DNA of 59,427 bases, taken from an uncultured Marinicella sp. Lineage in GTDB: Bacteria > Pseudomonadota > Gammaproteobacteria > Xanthomonadales > Marinicellaceae. The stretch lies in the NCBI GenBank assembly GCA_937942365.1, contig CALDFB010000276.1, positions 1-59,427 on the forward strand, given 5' to 3'. The notes beneath the pieces are model-generated. The model worked only from the letters and a program-made list of their open reading frames with translations, ran no database searches and was not told where the DNA came from. Shown in pieces: positions 31,539-41,065 of this stretch (position 1 is its first letter; each line of letters begins with the position of its first letter). The position numbers were made by a program, and so were the translations under genes.

Positions 31539-32576
31539 ATGACCCAAAATAAACTTGAATTTAATGGCTCCAGACAGTTCTGCAGCTGGCTGATTGAACA
31601 CAATATCAGTTTGAGCTTTTCCACCTATCAAGCGGGTAAGTTGTTTTTTATTGGTATGCAGGATGAGGCTAAGATGTCGGTTTTTGAGCGGACTTTTGCG
31701 CGCTGTATGGGTATTGGACTCGACCCTAAAACCATGAGTTTATGGGTGGCCAACCTTTACCAACTTTGGCGTTTTGAAAATGCTTTAAAGCCCGGACAAT
31801 CACACCAAGGTTTTGATCGAGTTTACGTACCACAAGTGGGCTACACCACGGGCGATGTCGATGCGCATGATGTGGCCATTGATGATGAAGGAGTTCTTTT
31901 TGTGAACACCTTATTCAGTTGTTTGGCCAGGCCAAGTGACCAATACAGCTTTGAATCCATCTGGCAACCGCCGCATATTTCTAAACTGGCCGCTGAAGAC
32001 CGCTGTCACCTCAATGGCCTAGCGACCAAAGATGGTCAGGCCGCTTATGTCACCTGTGTCAGCCAAACCGATGTGAATGAAGGCTGGCGCGAACACCGCC
32101 AAACCGGTGGTGTGGTGATTGATGTACAAAACAATGAAGTGGTGGCTGATGGTTTATCCATGCCGCACTCACCCAGATGGTATAACGGAAAACTATGGGT
32201 GCTGAATTCAGGTGAGGGTGAGTTTGGCTACATTGACCTGACCAGTGGTCGATTTGAGCCAGTGGCTTTTTGTCCAGGTTATCTGCGTGGCATGAGCTTT
32301 CATGGTGACTACGCGGTGGTAGGTCTTTCTAAGCCCAGAGGCAATAAAACCTTCGAAGGTCTGAAACTGCATGAAAAACTTGAAGCTAAAAAGGTACAGC
32401 CTCGCTGTGGCTTACAAGTGATTAATCTAAACACAGGTGATGTGGTTCATGAATTAAGAATCGAAGGAGTGGTCGAGGAGTTATACGATGTGTGTATTCT
32501 GCCCGGAGTGAAAAGACCCATGGCCATCGGTTTTATGAACGAGGAGATCAGGCGGGTATTGTCTTTGCCGTTTTAA
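31539..32576 (+). CDS. TIGR03032 / DUF4915-like protein
   Basis: STYQAGKL; TGDVDAHD; VNTLFSCLA; EDRCHLNGLA; GLSMPHSPRW; FCPGYLRG; VGLSKPR; no signal peptide. Confidence 0.88.
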   Translation: MTQNKLEFNGSRQFCSWLIEHNISLSFSTYQAGKLFFIGMQDEAKMSVFERTFARCMGIGLDPKTMSLWVANLYQLWRFENALKPGQSHQGFDRVYVPQVGYTTGDVDAHDVAIDDEGVLFVNTLFSCLARPSDQYSFESIWQPPHISKLAAEDRCHLNGLATKDGQAAYVTCVSQTDVNEGWREHRQTGGVVIDVQNNEVVADGLSMPHSPRWYNGKLWVLNSGEGEFGYIDLTSGRFEPVAFCPGYLRGMSFHGDYAVVGLSKPRGNKTFEGLKLHEKLEAKKVQPRCGLQVINLNTGDVVHELRIEGVVEELYDVCILPGVKRPMAIGFMNEEIRRVLSLPF

Positions 32577-32853
32577 AAAGATCTTTTTAAGAAGGACTAA
32601 CCAATGTCCAAGTACAATCAAAAGATCATTCAATCATTGTAATCACAACTCTATAAAAAACTGGAGTTGCCTAATGCAAAGGCTTTGCATAGAAACTTGA
32701 TGTCAGTTTAATGGTTTTTTGAGACTAAATACCTGCTCTTAATTATACTGAAGCTCCGACAAAGTAAAACCAAACTTTTGGCTTAATCAATTTTTTTATG
32801 GCAAAATAAAAATAACAGTAAAAAACCTCGACAATGTAAGGGAGTATTTAAAA

Positions 32854-34455
32854 ATGAACCGCAAGAAAATCGTTGTTTCTATTACCTTGGTATTGAGTCT
32901 AGCGCAACAACCTGCATTGGCGCAATTTCCATCACCTTTAGAGCTGAGCACTTTAAATGGTAACAATGGCTTCACCATCAACGGTGTGAATTTAAATGAC
33001 CGCTCTGGTACCTCAGTCAGCTCAGCAGGTGATATTAATGGCGATGGCATCGATGACCTTATTATTGGTGCTCCGTTGGCTGATCCTAATGGAGCGGGTG
33101 ATGCTGGCAGCAGCTATGTGGTCTTTGGTTCTGATAATCCACTGCCCAACCCTTTTAATTTAAGCACCATCAATGGCAGCAATGGCTTCTCTATCAACGG
33201 CGAGGCTGCTGGTGACTCCTCTGGCTTTTCTGTCAACTCAGCTGGTGATATTAATGGCGATGGCATCGATGACCTTATTATTGGTGCGCCATATGCAGAC
33301 CCAAATAATAATTTGTCTGGCAGTAGCTATGTAGTGTTTGGGCGTGATTCAGGTTTTACATCCGCACTAAATCTTTCTGGTTTAAACGGATCCAATGGTT
33401 TTGCGATTAATGGTGTGGCAGCAGCAGACCTCTCAGGTACTTCAGTGAGTTCAGCTGGTGATTTTAACGGTGATGGCATAGATGATTTGATCATTGGTGC
33501 AATATACGGTGAACCTAAAGGTGATGATTATGCTGGTGGCAGTTACGTAGTCTTCGGACGTGATACGGGTTTTACATCCACATTAGAGCTGTCTAGTTTA
33601 AATGGTTCCAACGGTTTCTCCATTAGCGGTGTGGCTACAGATGACCAGTCTGGCTTCTCTGTTAGTTCAGCGGGAGATGTTAATGGTGATGGTATAGATG
33701 ATGTGATCATTGGTGCGCCATATGCAGACCCTAATAGTAACGATGAAGCTGGTAGTAGCTATGTGGTATTTGGTTCTGACAACCCACTGCCCAACCCTTT
33801 TAATTTAAGCACCATCAATGGCAGCAATGGTTTCTCTATCAACGGTGTGTTTGCAGGTGACAACTCTGGCTTTTCTGTCAGTGCAGCTGGTGATGTTAAT
33901 GGCGATGGCATCGATGATCTGATTATTGGTGCTAATCGCGCAGACCCCAATGGCAACCAAAATGCTGGCAGCAGTTATGTGGTATTTGGTTCTGATAGCT
34001 CATTACCGAACCCTTTTAATTTAAGTACCATCAATGGCACCAATGGCTTCACCATCAACGGTGTGATAAGTGGAGAAAACTCTGGATTTTCTGTCAGCGC
34101 AGCGGGCGATATCAATGGCGATGGCATAGATGATTTGATTATTGGCGCCCCAAATGCAAATTTTTCTGTTAATTTAGTCGGTGCGAGTGATGTACTGTTA
34201 GGTTCAAAAAACCCCATACCCCATCCATTTAATATCAGCACAATTAATGGCCTAAATGGCTTCAGTATGTTTGGTGTGGCAAATGGCGACAGGACTGGTG
34301 CAGCAGTCAGTGCTGCAGGTGATGTCAACGGTGATGGAGTTGATGACTTGATTATCGGTGCTCCTTTTGCTGACCCTAATGGCGTAGGTGTTGCTGGCAG
34401 CAGCTATGTGGTATTCGGCGAAAGAGACCTGATTTTTAAGGATGGGTTTGAATAG
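32854..34455 (+). CDS. Secreted 7x FG-GAP propeller + DLIFKDGFE
   Basis: Signal peptide (ALA|QF); seven repeats, several with literal IIGAP. Confidence 0.92.
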   Translation: MNRKKIVVSITLVLSLAQQPALAQFPSPLELSTLNGNNGFTINGVNLNDRSGTSVSSAGDINGDGIDDLIIGAPLADPNGAGDAGSSYVVFGSDNPLPNPFNLSTINGSNGFSINGEAAGDSSGFSVNSAGDINGDGIDDLIIGAPYADPNNNLSGSSYVVFGRDSGFTSALNLSGLNGSNGFAINGVAAADLSGTSVSSAGDFNGDGIDDLIIGAIYGEPKGDDYAGGSYVVFGRDTGFTSTLELSSLNGSNGFSISGVATDDQSGFSVSSAGDVNGDGIDDVIIGAPYADPNSNDEAGSSYVVFGSDNPLPNPFNLSTINGSNGFSINGVFAGDNSGFSVSAAGDVNGDGIDDLIIGANRADPNGNQNAGSSYVVFGSDSSLPNPFNLSTINGTNGFTINGVISGENSGFSVSAAGDINGDGIDDLIIGAPNANFSVNLVGASDVLLGSKNPIPHPFNISTINGLNGFSMFGVANGDRTGAAVSAAGDVNGDGVDDLIIGAPFADPNGVGVAGSSYVVFGERDLIFKDGFE

Positions 34456-34742
34456 GCCATTGCAAACATGCTATTTGTCTCTGGTGTTTTTAACCCATTA
34501 AAGATGTTAATGGTGACTTGATTGTTGGTACCAGAGGTATGGGCCCCAATCTCAGAGCCAACGCGGGCAACCATTATGTTGTATTTTGTGGTGATGCAAT
34601 TTTTAAAAACAAATTTCAATGACACCAGCTCAGTTGCATCATTTTTAGTTAACACACAAATTAAGAAACTTGTAAGTCTTTACTCAATAAACATTTAAGC
34701 AGTGTAAAATGTTGCTATCATCTACCATCAAAGCATATTGAT

Positions 34743-35453
34743 ATGAGCGCTAACCACTATCCAGCTGAAATAGATCAATTCGACAGCCAAGCGGCTTTTT
34801 GGTGGGATTTGCAAGGCCCTTTTAAAACCCTGCACCAAATCAATCCGGTTCGCCTTAAATACATCACCGATCACGTCACTATCGATGGTCAAAAAGTACT
34901 GGATGTGGGCTGTGGCGGTGGCATTTTGTCTGAAGCGCTGGCCGCTAGTGGTGCAGAGGTCACTGGGCTGGATTTATCTTCCGCTTCCCTGCAAACCGCT
35001 AAGCTACATTTACATGAATCTGGTCAACAAGTGAATTATCAGCAACAAAGCATCGAAGACTTTGCTGCAGAAAATCCAGAATCTCAAGATGTGGTGTGTT
35101 GTTTAGAAATGCTTGAGCATGTGCCAGACCCTGACAGCATCATCGATGCTTGTTTGAAAGCATTAAAACCGGGAGGTTGGTTATTTTTATCCACCTTAAA
35201 CCGAACCCCCAAAGCGATGCTGCTGGGTATATTTGCTGCTGAACATATATTGAAGATTGTTCCCAAAGGGACGCATCATTTTGAGCAGTTCATCAAACCC
35301 TCTGAGTTGGTTAAAATATTGAACAAGAAAGCCGTGGACATCGAAAACATCTCTGGCATGCGCTACAACCCAATCACCGAAACAGCCAGTTTGGATGCTC
35401 AGGATTTAGACATCAACTATTTTGTGGCCATCAAAAAGCATGAAAAAAGCTGA
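34743..35453 (+). CDS. ubiG: Ubiquinone biosynthesis O-methyltransferase
   Basis: WWDLQGPFKTLHQINPVR; LDVGCGGG; EMLEHVPDP; KGTH. Confidence 0.96.
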   Translation: MSANHYPAEIDQFDSQAAFWWDLQGPFKTLHQINPVRLKYITDHVTIDGQKVLDVGCGGGILSEALAASGAEVTGLDLSSASLQTAKLHLHESGQQVNYQQQSIEDFAAENPESQDVVCCLEMLEHVPDPDSIIDACLKALKPGGWLFLSTLNRTPKAMLLGIFAAEHILKIVPKGTHHFEQFIKPSELVKILNKKAVDIENISGMRYNPITETASLDAQDLDINYFVAIKKHEKS

Positions 35454-36123
35454 AACTAAAATTTCTGCCTTGTTGTTCGATCTGGATGGTACGCTGATTG
35501 ATACGGCTGTTGATATGATTCATGCCTTGGCTCAATTGGCTGACAATCATCATATTAAACACAACTTAAATGTCGCTGAATTCCGCCAATACATCTCTAA
35601 AGGAGCGGTGGCTTTGGTCAAGTCAGTGTTCGACAACCCTTCACCTGAAAAGCTGGAATCACTGCGCAAAGAATACCTGGAAATTTACCAACAACAACTC
35701 AACACCCACAGCCAATTATTCGAGGGTGTGGCTGAACTCATTCAACATTTGGATCAAAATCACATCCCTTGGGGCATTGTCACCAACAAACCGTCGTGGT
35801 TGGCTAAACCCATTGTCCAAGCCACCACAGAACTTAACAACTCACAAATTCTGCTGTGTGCCGATGAAATGGGCGTGGCCAAACCTGACCCCAAACCTTT
35901 ATTGGTTGCCGCTGAAAAAATGGGCATCAATCCTGCAAGCACATTGTATTTAGGTGACGCCCAATCTGATATCGATGGCGCTCATAATGCGGGCATGCAA
36001 TCGGCGGTGGCGATGTGGGGATATTTGGCGCCAGAGGATAAGGTGGATGAGTGGGGGGCTGGGTTTAGGTTTGAATCATCTTCCGCAATAGTTACAAAAC
36101 TGCTATCAAGTAAATTTTTATGA
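35440..36123 (+). CDS. gph: HAD-IA hydrolase (phosphoglycolate phosphatase / MupP-like), downstream of ubiG
   Basis: FDLDGTLID; VTNKP; KPDPKP; GDAQSD. Confidence 0.85.
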   Translation: MKKAETKISALLFDLDGTLIDTAVDMIHALAQLADNHHIKHNLNVAEFRQYISKGAVALVKSVFDNPSPEKLESLRKEYLEIYQQQLNTHSQLFEGVAELIQHLDQNHIPWGIVTNKPSWLAKPIVQATTELNNSQILLCADEMGVAKPDPKPLLVAAEKMGINPASTLYLGDAQSDIDGAHNAGMQSAVAMWGYLAPEDKVDEWGAGFRFESSSAIVTKLLSSKFL

Positions 36124-36324
36124 TTTACCTTTCATTAACAGTTGCAATGGTTTCACAGTTAGGAGTCCTGTATTTTTTATATACAAAATCTTCAGAAACT
36201 AAAGAAAGTATTGTATTGATCATTTTTGCTTCTGTATGTAAATAAAAAGATCAAAGAGCAACTTTAATTTATGGTTTTACAATTTTCATCAAGAACCTGA
36301 CTACAAACTTTATTAACTTCTTGT

Positions 36325-37032
36325 TTATTTTTTTGGTACATATACATATTTTCTTATTTCTTCAACAACTTCCGGATATAAGAAAAAAGAAGAATTCTCT
36401 GCTAAAAAATAATTAGGCAAAGTTACTGTCTTTCTTCTTCGCTTTGTAAAGTATATATTACTCCAAATTAAAGCTGTTCGTGCTCGGTGCTGCTTATTAT
36501 CTAAAACTTTTTCAATAAACCCATTCAATACCAATAAATTTTCTTTGGTTTTATTGTCAGTTTGTTTGAGTAGTTCTTCGAATTTAGGAAGTAAAGGGAC
36601 ATTTTCCGTTCTTAATGAATAATTATAAAGAATTGAATTACAATACCGCCTTAGTTCCCAAACCACTCGATCTAGATACACCACTTCATGTTCATGTAAA
36701 TACCACGAGACTTCCATATACCTATATTTAGCATTAGTCTCTTCTAAACGTTTTAGGAATTTATCCGATTGATCTGAGATCTTTATATCAATGTGACCTG
36801 ACAAAATTTCTAGTGTTCTTCTTACCTCGTGTCCTAAGGGTGGTTTTGGCTTTGGAGTTCGGCTTAATAAAATAATACACTTCGCATATTTTTCTAAAGC
36901 ATGTAATGCAGACCAGTGAAACTGAGGGATTAAAGCAGAACGATATGCCATACGCGCATGAATGTAATCCTTATCTGCGGTGTCTCTAAGCCCTCTAAGA
37001 GCATAATCATTTATTTTATCGTTAATATTCAT
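36325..37032 (-). CDS. HEPN-domain protein
   Basis: ADKDYIHAR...ALEKYAKC...LGH pattern typical of HEPN; AT-rich. Confidence 0.7.
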   Translation of the reverse strand: MNINDKINDYALRGLRDTADKDYIHARMAYRSALIPQFHWSALHALEKYAKCIILLSRTPKPKPPLGHEVRRTLEILSGHIDIKISDQSDKFLKRLEETNAKYRYMEVSWYLHEHEVVYLDRVVWELRRYCNSILYNYSLRTENVPLLPKFEELLKQTDNKTKENLLVLNGFIEKVLDNKQHRARTALIWSNIYFTKRRRKTVTLPNYFLAENSSFFLYPEVVEEIRKYVYVPKK

Positions 37033-37068
37033 ATTCGCTTTGAGGTTTCTTTCTTGAATGCTTGATAT

Positions 37069-37513
37069 GGTATACCAAACTTGGCTTGTTAATCGGGTAA
37101 ATTATTAACCGACGAAAGCTCTAGCCTAGATTCCTGCCACTCGCCTAGGCTCGGCTGAAATGACGGTGGTTGATTAGCTTTCTAGATTGGAAAATCTAAC
37201 TGCTTCACCCTGCATTAAGCTTAAGTAACTAAAGAACAAAAGAACGTCATTGCGAAGGAGGTACGACTGCGGCAATCTCCATAAATCTGGTGTAATGCTT
37301 TTTGTATAAATTACCTTTGCTTTACGAGATTGCCGCGGTCGTTTCACTCCCTCGCAATGACACCGATTTTTACTCTTTCCCAACGCTCCAGCGTGGGAAT
37401 GCATAGGGATGTTCATGTTAAGTTTAACTCATCAATCAAATTAATCGTTAACCTGAAAAACCTTCTGCCTGGATTCCTACTAACTCACTTAGGCTCGGCT
37501 GGAATGACGGTGG
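37069..37513. repeat. Mosaic cluster of REP/RPE-like repeats (C+B, A, D, B)
   Basis: 37069-37166 is the reverse homolog of 12547-12640; A 37246-37361; D ~37374-37406; B 37455-37513. Confidence 0.8.
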
Positions 37514-37549
37514 TTTTTTTGAACTTTTAACCTTTGGAATGTTTACTGA

Positions 37550-37745
37550 TGTGCAGTTAAGTGTTTTTGAAACCAGTGGCTCATCCTTGAGCGTTTTAAT
37601 CCTTTTGATTCCTTTATATGTTTAGCAGGCAGTTAAGTTTTAAATCTCTTGTTAACTTATATCCTTGAACTCGTCCTGGAGTGTTATCTTCCTTTTAATT
37701 CCTTTTTTACCTATTTAAGAGAGGGAGTTTTTTAACTGCCTTATT
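37550..37745 (-). ncRNA. Candidate CsrA/RsmA-sequestering sRNA (boundaries approximate)
   Basis: Seven AGGA motifs in 120 nt on the minus strand, two in hairpin loops; three-motif module repeated at a 90-nt period. Confidence 0.6.
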
Positions 37746-37916
37746 TATATACTCGTAAAACAAGTCCAAACCTTGTCAAAATAATTGAATTATTTTTAAT
37801 TTATTTGGTGGCAGTTAAGGGTTTTTCATGAACAGCGCTATATATTGGGTGTTTTGAGGGTGGTTTTATTTGACAAATTTTCCATGGTATTAAAGTAGAC
37901 ACTATTTTATTTTCAA

Positions 37917-37988
37917 TGGATAGTTGGCTTCAGCCAACCTGTATAACTAATGATTCTAAAACCTGTTGACTAAAGTCAACAACCCAAA
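37917..37988. repeat. Family-E REP doublet
   Basis: gttggcttcagccaac ... gttgactaaagtcaac; homolog of 12694-12769. Confidence 0.7.
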
Positions 37989-38116
37989 AGTGGGTCAAAT
38001 ATTCTTCAAAACCTTAAAGATAAATGTGTAGCAACTAAAAGCCTTGCACTAAAAGGGCATAGTTTTAACTAGCGAACTGAAACAATAAATCATTCATTCT
38101 AAGTTTTTTGGATTTA

Positions 38117-38174
38117 GAAAAACCTTCTGCCTAGATTCCTGATCTCGCCTCCGGCTCGTCTGGAATGACGGTGG
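38117..38174. repeat. Family-B repeat, direct repeat of 37455-37513
   Basis: gaaaaaccttctgcct(a/g)gattcct...ggctcg(t/g)ctggaatgacggtgg. Confidence 0.75.
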
Positions 38175-38387
38175 GTTTATTGGCTTTTCTAGTTTTGTGA
38201 TTCTATTAACCCGTCTACAAAATACCGTACGTTTCAGTCTAAGACAGTTCGTTCGTAGCGCCAAGGGACTTGTATCTTAGAAAAGTGTCTATTAATCAAC
38301 AATGGTTTAGACTATCCAATGGCGATTGGATAAAGGGATAGTGATACTCATAACTGTCATTTTCTTTCTTTGAGTTTTTTAGTCTGG

Positions 38388-40946
38388 TTAGCTACTTTCT
38401 AGGGTGACAAATACATTGCTGAAATCGCACTTTTTTAAATCGCTTTTATGAATTACAAAATACAAGTCTCCAGCATCTCCCCAGCTCATATCACCTGTAG
38501 AAGTTACTTTTAAAAGTGTCATCCAATCTTGAGGTTGTCCTTTTTTCTTTAAGGATGCTTGTAGTTCTGGCATTTCGTTTTGGGTAAAGCCATACGCATT
38601 TACCGCATAGTCATGAGGATACGCCCTAATTAAAGGCCCCTCAAAATCGTCGTATATAGCATCAAGTAGTTGCTCATTATCTAGTAAAGTTTCAGCTTCG
38701 CCTTCGAATAAATGTGTATTTACTTTTCTGCAATACATATCAGGACAGCTACTCATTTTTTCAGCATTTACCTTATGGCCTTCATACTCATTACCTGACA
38801 TTTCTGAATAGTCATCTTCTTCAAATTTAAATCTTTTACCAGACGCTAAGGTTTTAGTGTCTTCTACATATAGTATTTTGCATGAGGTATCACTTTCATC
38901 ATAAACACTATGAATGGTTTCTAAAAAGAAAAACAGCATGCCTTTTCTTGGTAAATAGCCTTGTAAATGTGCTATCGCTGTACAGTTAATTTGCCCTATA
39001 AACTCGTGAATATAGTCTTTCTTCTCGTCATGCCAATTGTCACCAAATCTTGGGTACGGCATATCTTCTGGTAAATCTGGCATACCGCCAAAACGGTGAT
39101 TTCCTATAGTTGTGTAATCTTCTTTCTCAACATGCTGAAAACTGATGCCTTTTTTAATGAGCGAAAGTAGGGATGTCGAATGTTCTTGTAATTTACTTTT
39201 AGTAACTATGGTTTTTATTTCGGGAAGTAAGTCGCAGTCATGTTTGACATAAAATACCTTGTCTTCCCAAGAAACTAAACCTTTACCATCTGCGCCTTTG
39301 TACTCATAATCTAGAAGGCGTAACTTATCTTCCATAGCCATTTCCAATGTTTTTATTGTATTGAAGATGCCAGGAAGCGTTTCTAATGGGTTATTTTCAA
39401 TAGCAATTGCTGTTAGCTTGGGTTGTTTTGCCAGAGATTCTGGTAAGGTTATAAATTGATTGTTATTTAAACTGATCGTTGTAACTGCTGGTAGGTTTAT
39501 TTTTTCTGGAATGGCAGATAATTGGTTTGTATCTAGCGATAAATAGTCTAATTTGGGCAACTGCCAAACCTCGTCTGGTATGGCTTCTAATTCGCAGTTA
39601 TAAAAAGATAAACGTTCTAACTGCTTTAGCTTCACGATACTTTCAGGAAGCGTTTTTAATGCTGCTTTCTGTATGTAAATGCTTTTTAATTTGCTGAACG
39701 TACCTATTTCTGCTGGTATTTCATTGAAAGGTAATTTCTCCTTGTTTCCATGATTATTAACAGTGAGCTTCTCTAAATTTTTAAAATTAAGAAAGGTTTC
39801 AGGAAATTTTGAAAAACTGGGATTGGTAAGTGATAGAAACCGAACATCTTTTGGGTTTGTGGTGGTTGTTTCTTCCATGGAACTAAAATGATAATCTTTC
39901 CACTCTAAAGGAGTCGTATCAAACTTCTTCGCTATTTGTATAGGAAACGCTTTATCATGATACGTTTTGGTCATTTCACCATTAACCAAAAACCAGCCAT
40001 CTTTAAGACATACATTACCATTAAAATCTAGACGATAATCAAATCCTTCTATATCTGAACGTAAGAAAAATGGTGCTTCCGTTTTACCTTCCTTGAATTG
40101 AAATTCTCCTGTAGGAACACCATTTTTGTGAATACCTTGAAAGGGGATTGAAATTTCTACTTCTCCATTGTCTTCATAATCATCTAAAACCGCTGCTTTT
40201 ATTGCTTTCTTAGGTGTTTTTGCTTTTGCCTTAATGGTTACATGTAGTTTGTTTGAGTAGTCACTTATTATCATTTGGCAATCAACTAAAATAAAATCAA
40301 AATCACCTACTGTAAAAAATGCATTATCCTTATCAGGAATTGCAATAGATTTAAATGTTTTAGTTTCTTCGATACTGTAATTATCATCTACATCATCACT
40401 GTAATCATCACCCATATCACCAAGCATATCATCTAGTCTTTTTTCATAGGCTTGCGCATCGGCTTGACGTTTTTTCGCATCTGCAAGCACTGTTACAGAA
40501 TTCAGGCTATGCTTGGTCCAATCTTCTAAAAACCCATCTTTAGTAACCTCATGTATACTTATAAATGAGATAAAATCTACCTCATCTATTAAAATGATGG
40601 CAAACAAATAATGTAAATTACATTGTTTATCTAATACTTTGGTATTTACTTTGGCCGACAGTGTTAAGGCTTTACAGCCATTGATAGTAATTTCTTCAAC
40701 AGCGCTTATATCCTTCTGATTTTCTTCTGTAAGGTAATAATTGATCATTTTTTCTGAGAACGTGGTACCTTTTATTTCGTCACTATTAAAGTATTTTATG
40801 TCCTCTATACTAAGCCTTACAGAATGTGGGTGTATGGTAAATGGAATTTGACTGCTTCTGGAAAGTGCTATTATTTCTGAACTGGTATACTCATCAAAAG
40901 TATTTGGTACTTCAAAACTAAAAAGTGGGTGTTCTATTTTTTTCAT
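38388..40946 (-). CDS. Leucine-rich repeat + YwqG/DUF1963 domain protein
   Basis: LRRs (LPESIVKLKQLERLSF, LSLDTNQL, LNNNQF); RFGGMPDLP, FIGQIN, LPRKGMLFFF, WGDAGDLYFVI. Confidence 0.85.
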   Translation of the reverse strand: MKKIEHPLFSFEVPNTFDEYTSSEIIALSRSSQIPFTIHPHSVRLSIEDIKYFNSDEIKGTTFSEKMINYYLTEENQKDISAVEEITINGCKALTLSAKVNTKVLDKQCNLHYLFAIILIDEVDFISFISIHEVTKDGFLEDWTKHSLNSVTVLADAKKRQADAQAYEKRLDDMLGDMGDDYSDDVDDNYSIEETKTFKSIAIPDKDNAFFTVGDFDFILVDCQMIISDYSNKLHVTIKAKAKTPKKAIKAAVLDDYEDNGEVEISIPFQGIHKNGVPTGEFQFKEGKTEAPFFLRSDIEGFDYRLDFNGNVCLKDGWFLVNGEMTKTYHDKAFPIQIAKKFDTTPLEWKDYHFSSMEETTTTNPKDVRFLSLTNPSFSKFPETFLNFKNLEKLTVNNHGNKEKLPFNEIPAEIGTFSKLKSIYIQKAALKTLPESIVKLKQLERLSFYNCELEAIPDEVWQLPKLDYLSLDTNQLSAIPEKINLPAVTTISLNNNQFITLPESLAKQPKLTAIAIENNPLETLPGIFNTIKTLEMAMEDKLRLLDYEYKGADGKGLVSWEDKVFYVKHDCDLLPEIKTIVTKSKLQEHSTSLLSLIKKGISFQHVEKEDYTTIGNHRFGGMPDLPEDMPYPRFGDNWHDEKKDYIHEFIGQINCTAIAHLQGYLPRKGMLFFFLETIHSVYDESDTSCKILYVEDTKTLASGKRFKFEEDDYSEMSGNEYEGHKVNAEKMSSCPDMYCRKVNTHLFEGEAETLLDNEQLLDAIYDDFEGPLIRAYPHDYAVNAYGFTQNEMPELQASLKKKGQPQDWMTLLKVTSTGDMSWGDAGDLYFVIHKSDLKKCDFSNVFVTLESS

Positions 40947-41065
40947 GTCTCAGTTATTTTGGTTTTAAATCTAATTTATATATCACTTTTTTTGCGCATT
41001 GACATTCTACTTTAGAGGCAAAACCAATACTATTATGCATGTTAAATTCAGTATATAAAAATATA

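Noticed and set aside
23497-34455. CRISPR array or diversity-generating retroelement in the repeats
   Set aside because: The repeats are in-frame coding blades of ~200 nt, differences are not adenine-specific, and no cas or reverse transcriptase gene is present.
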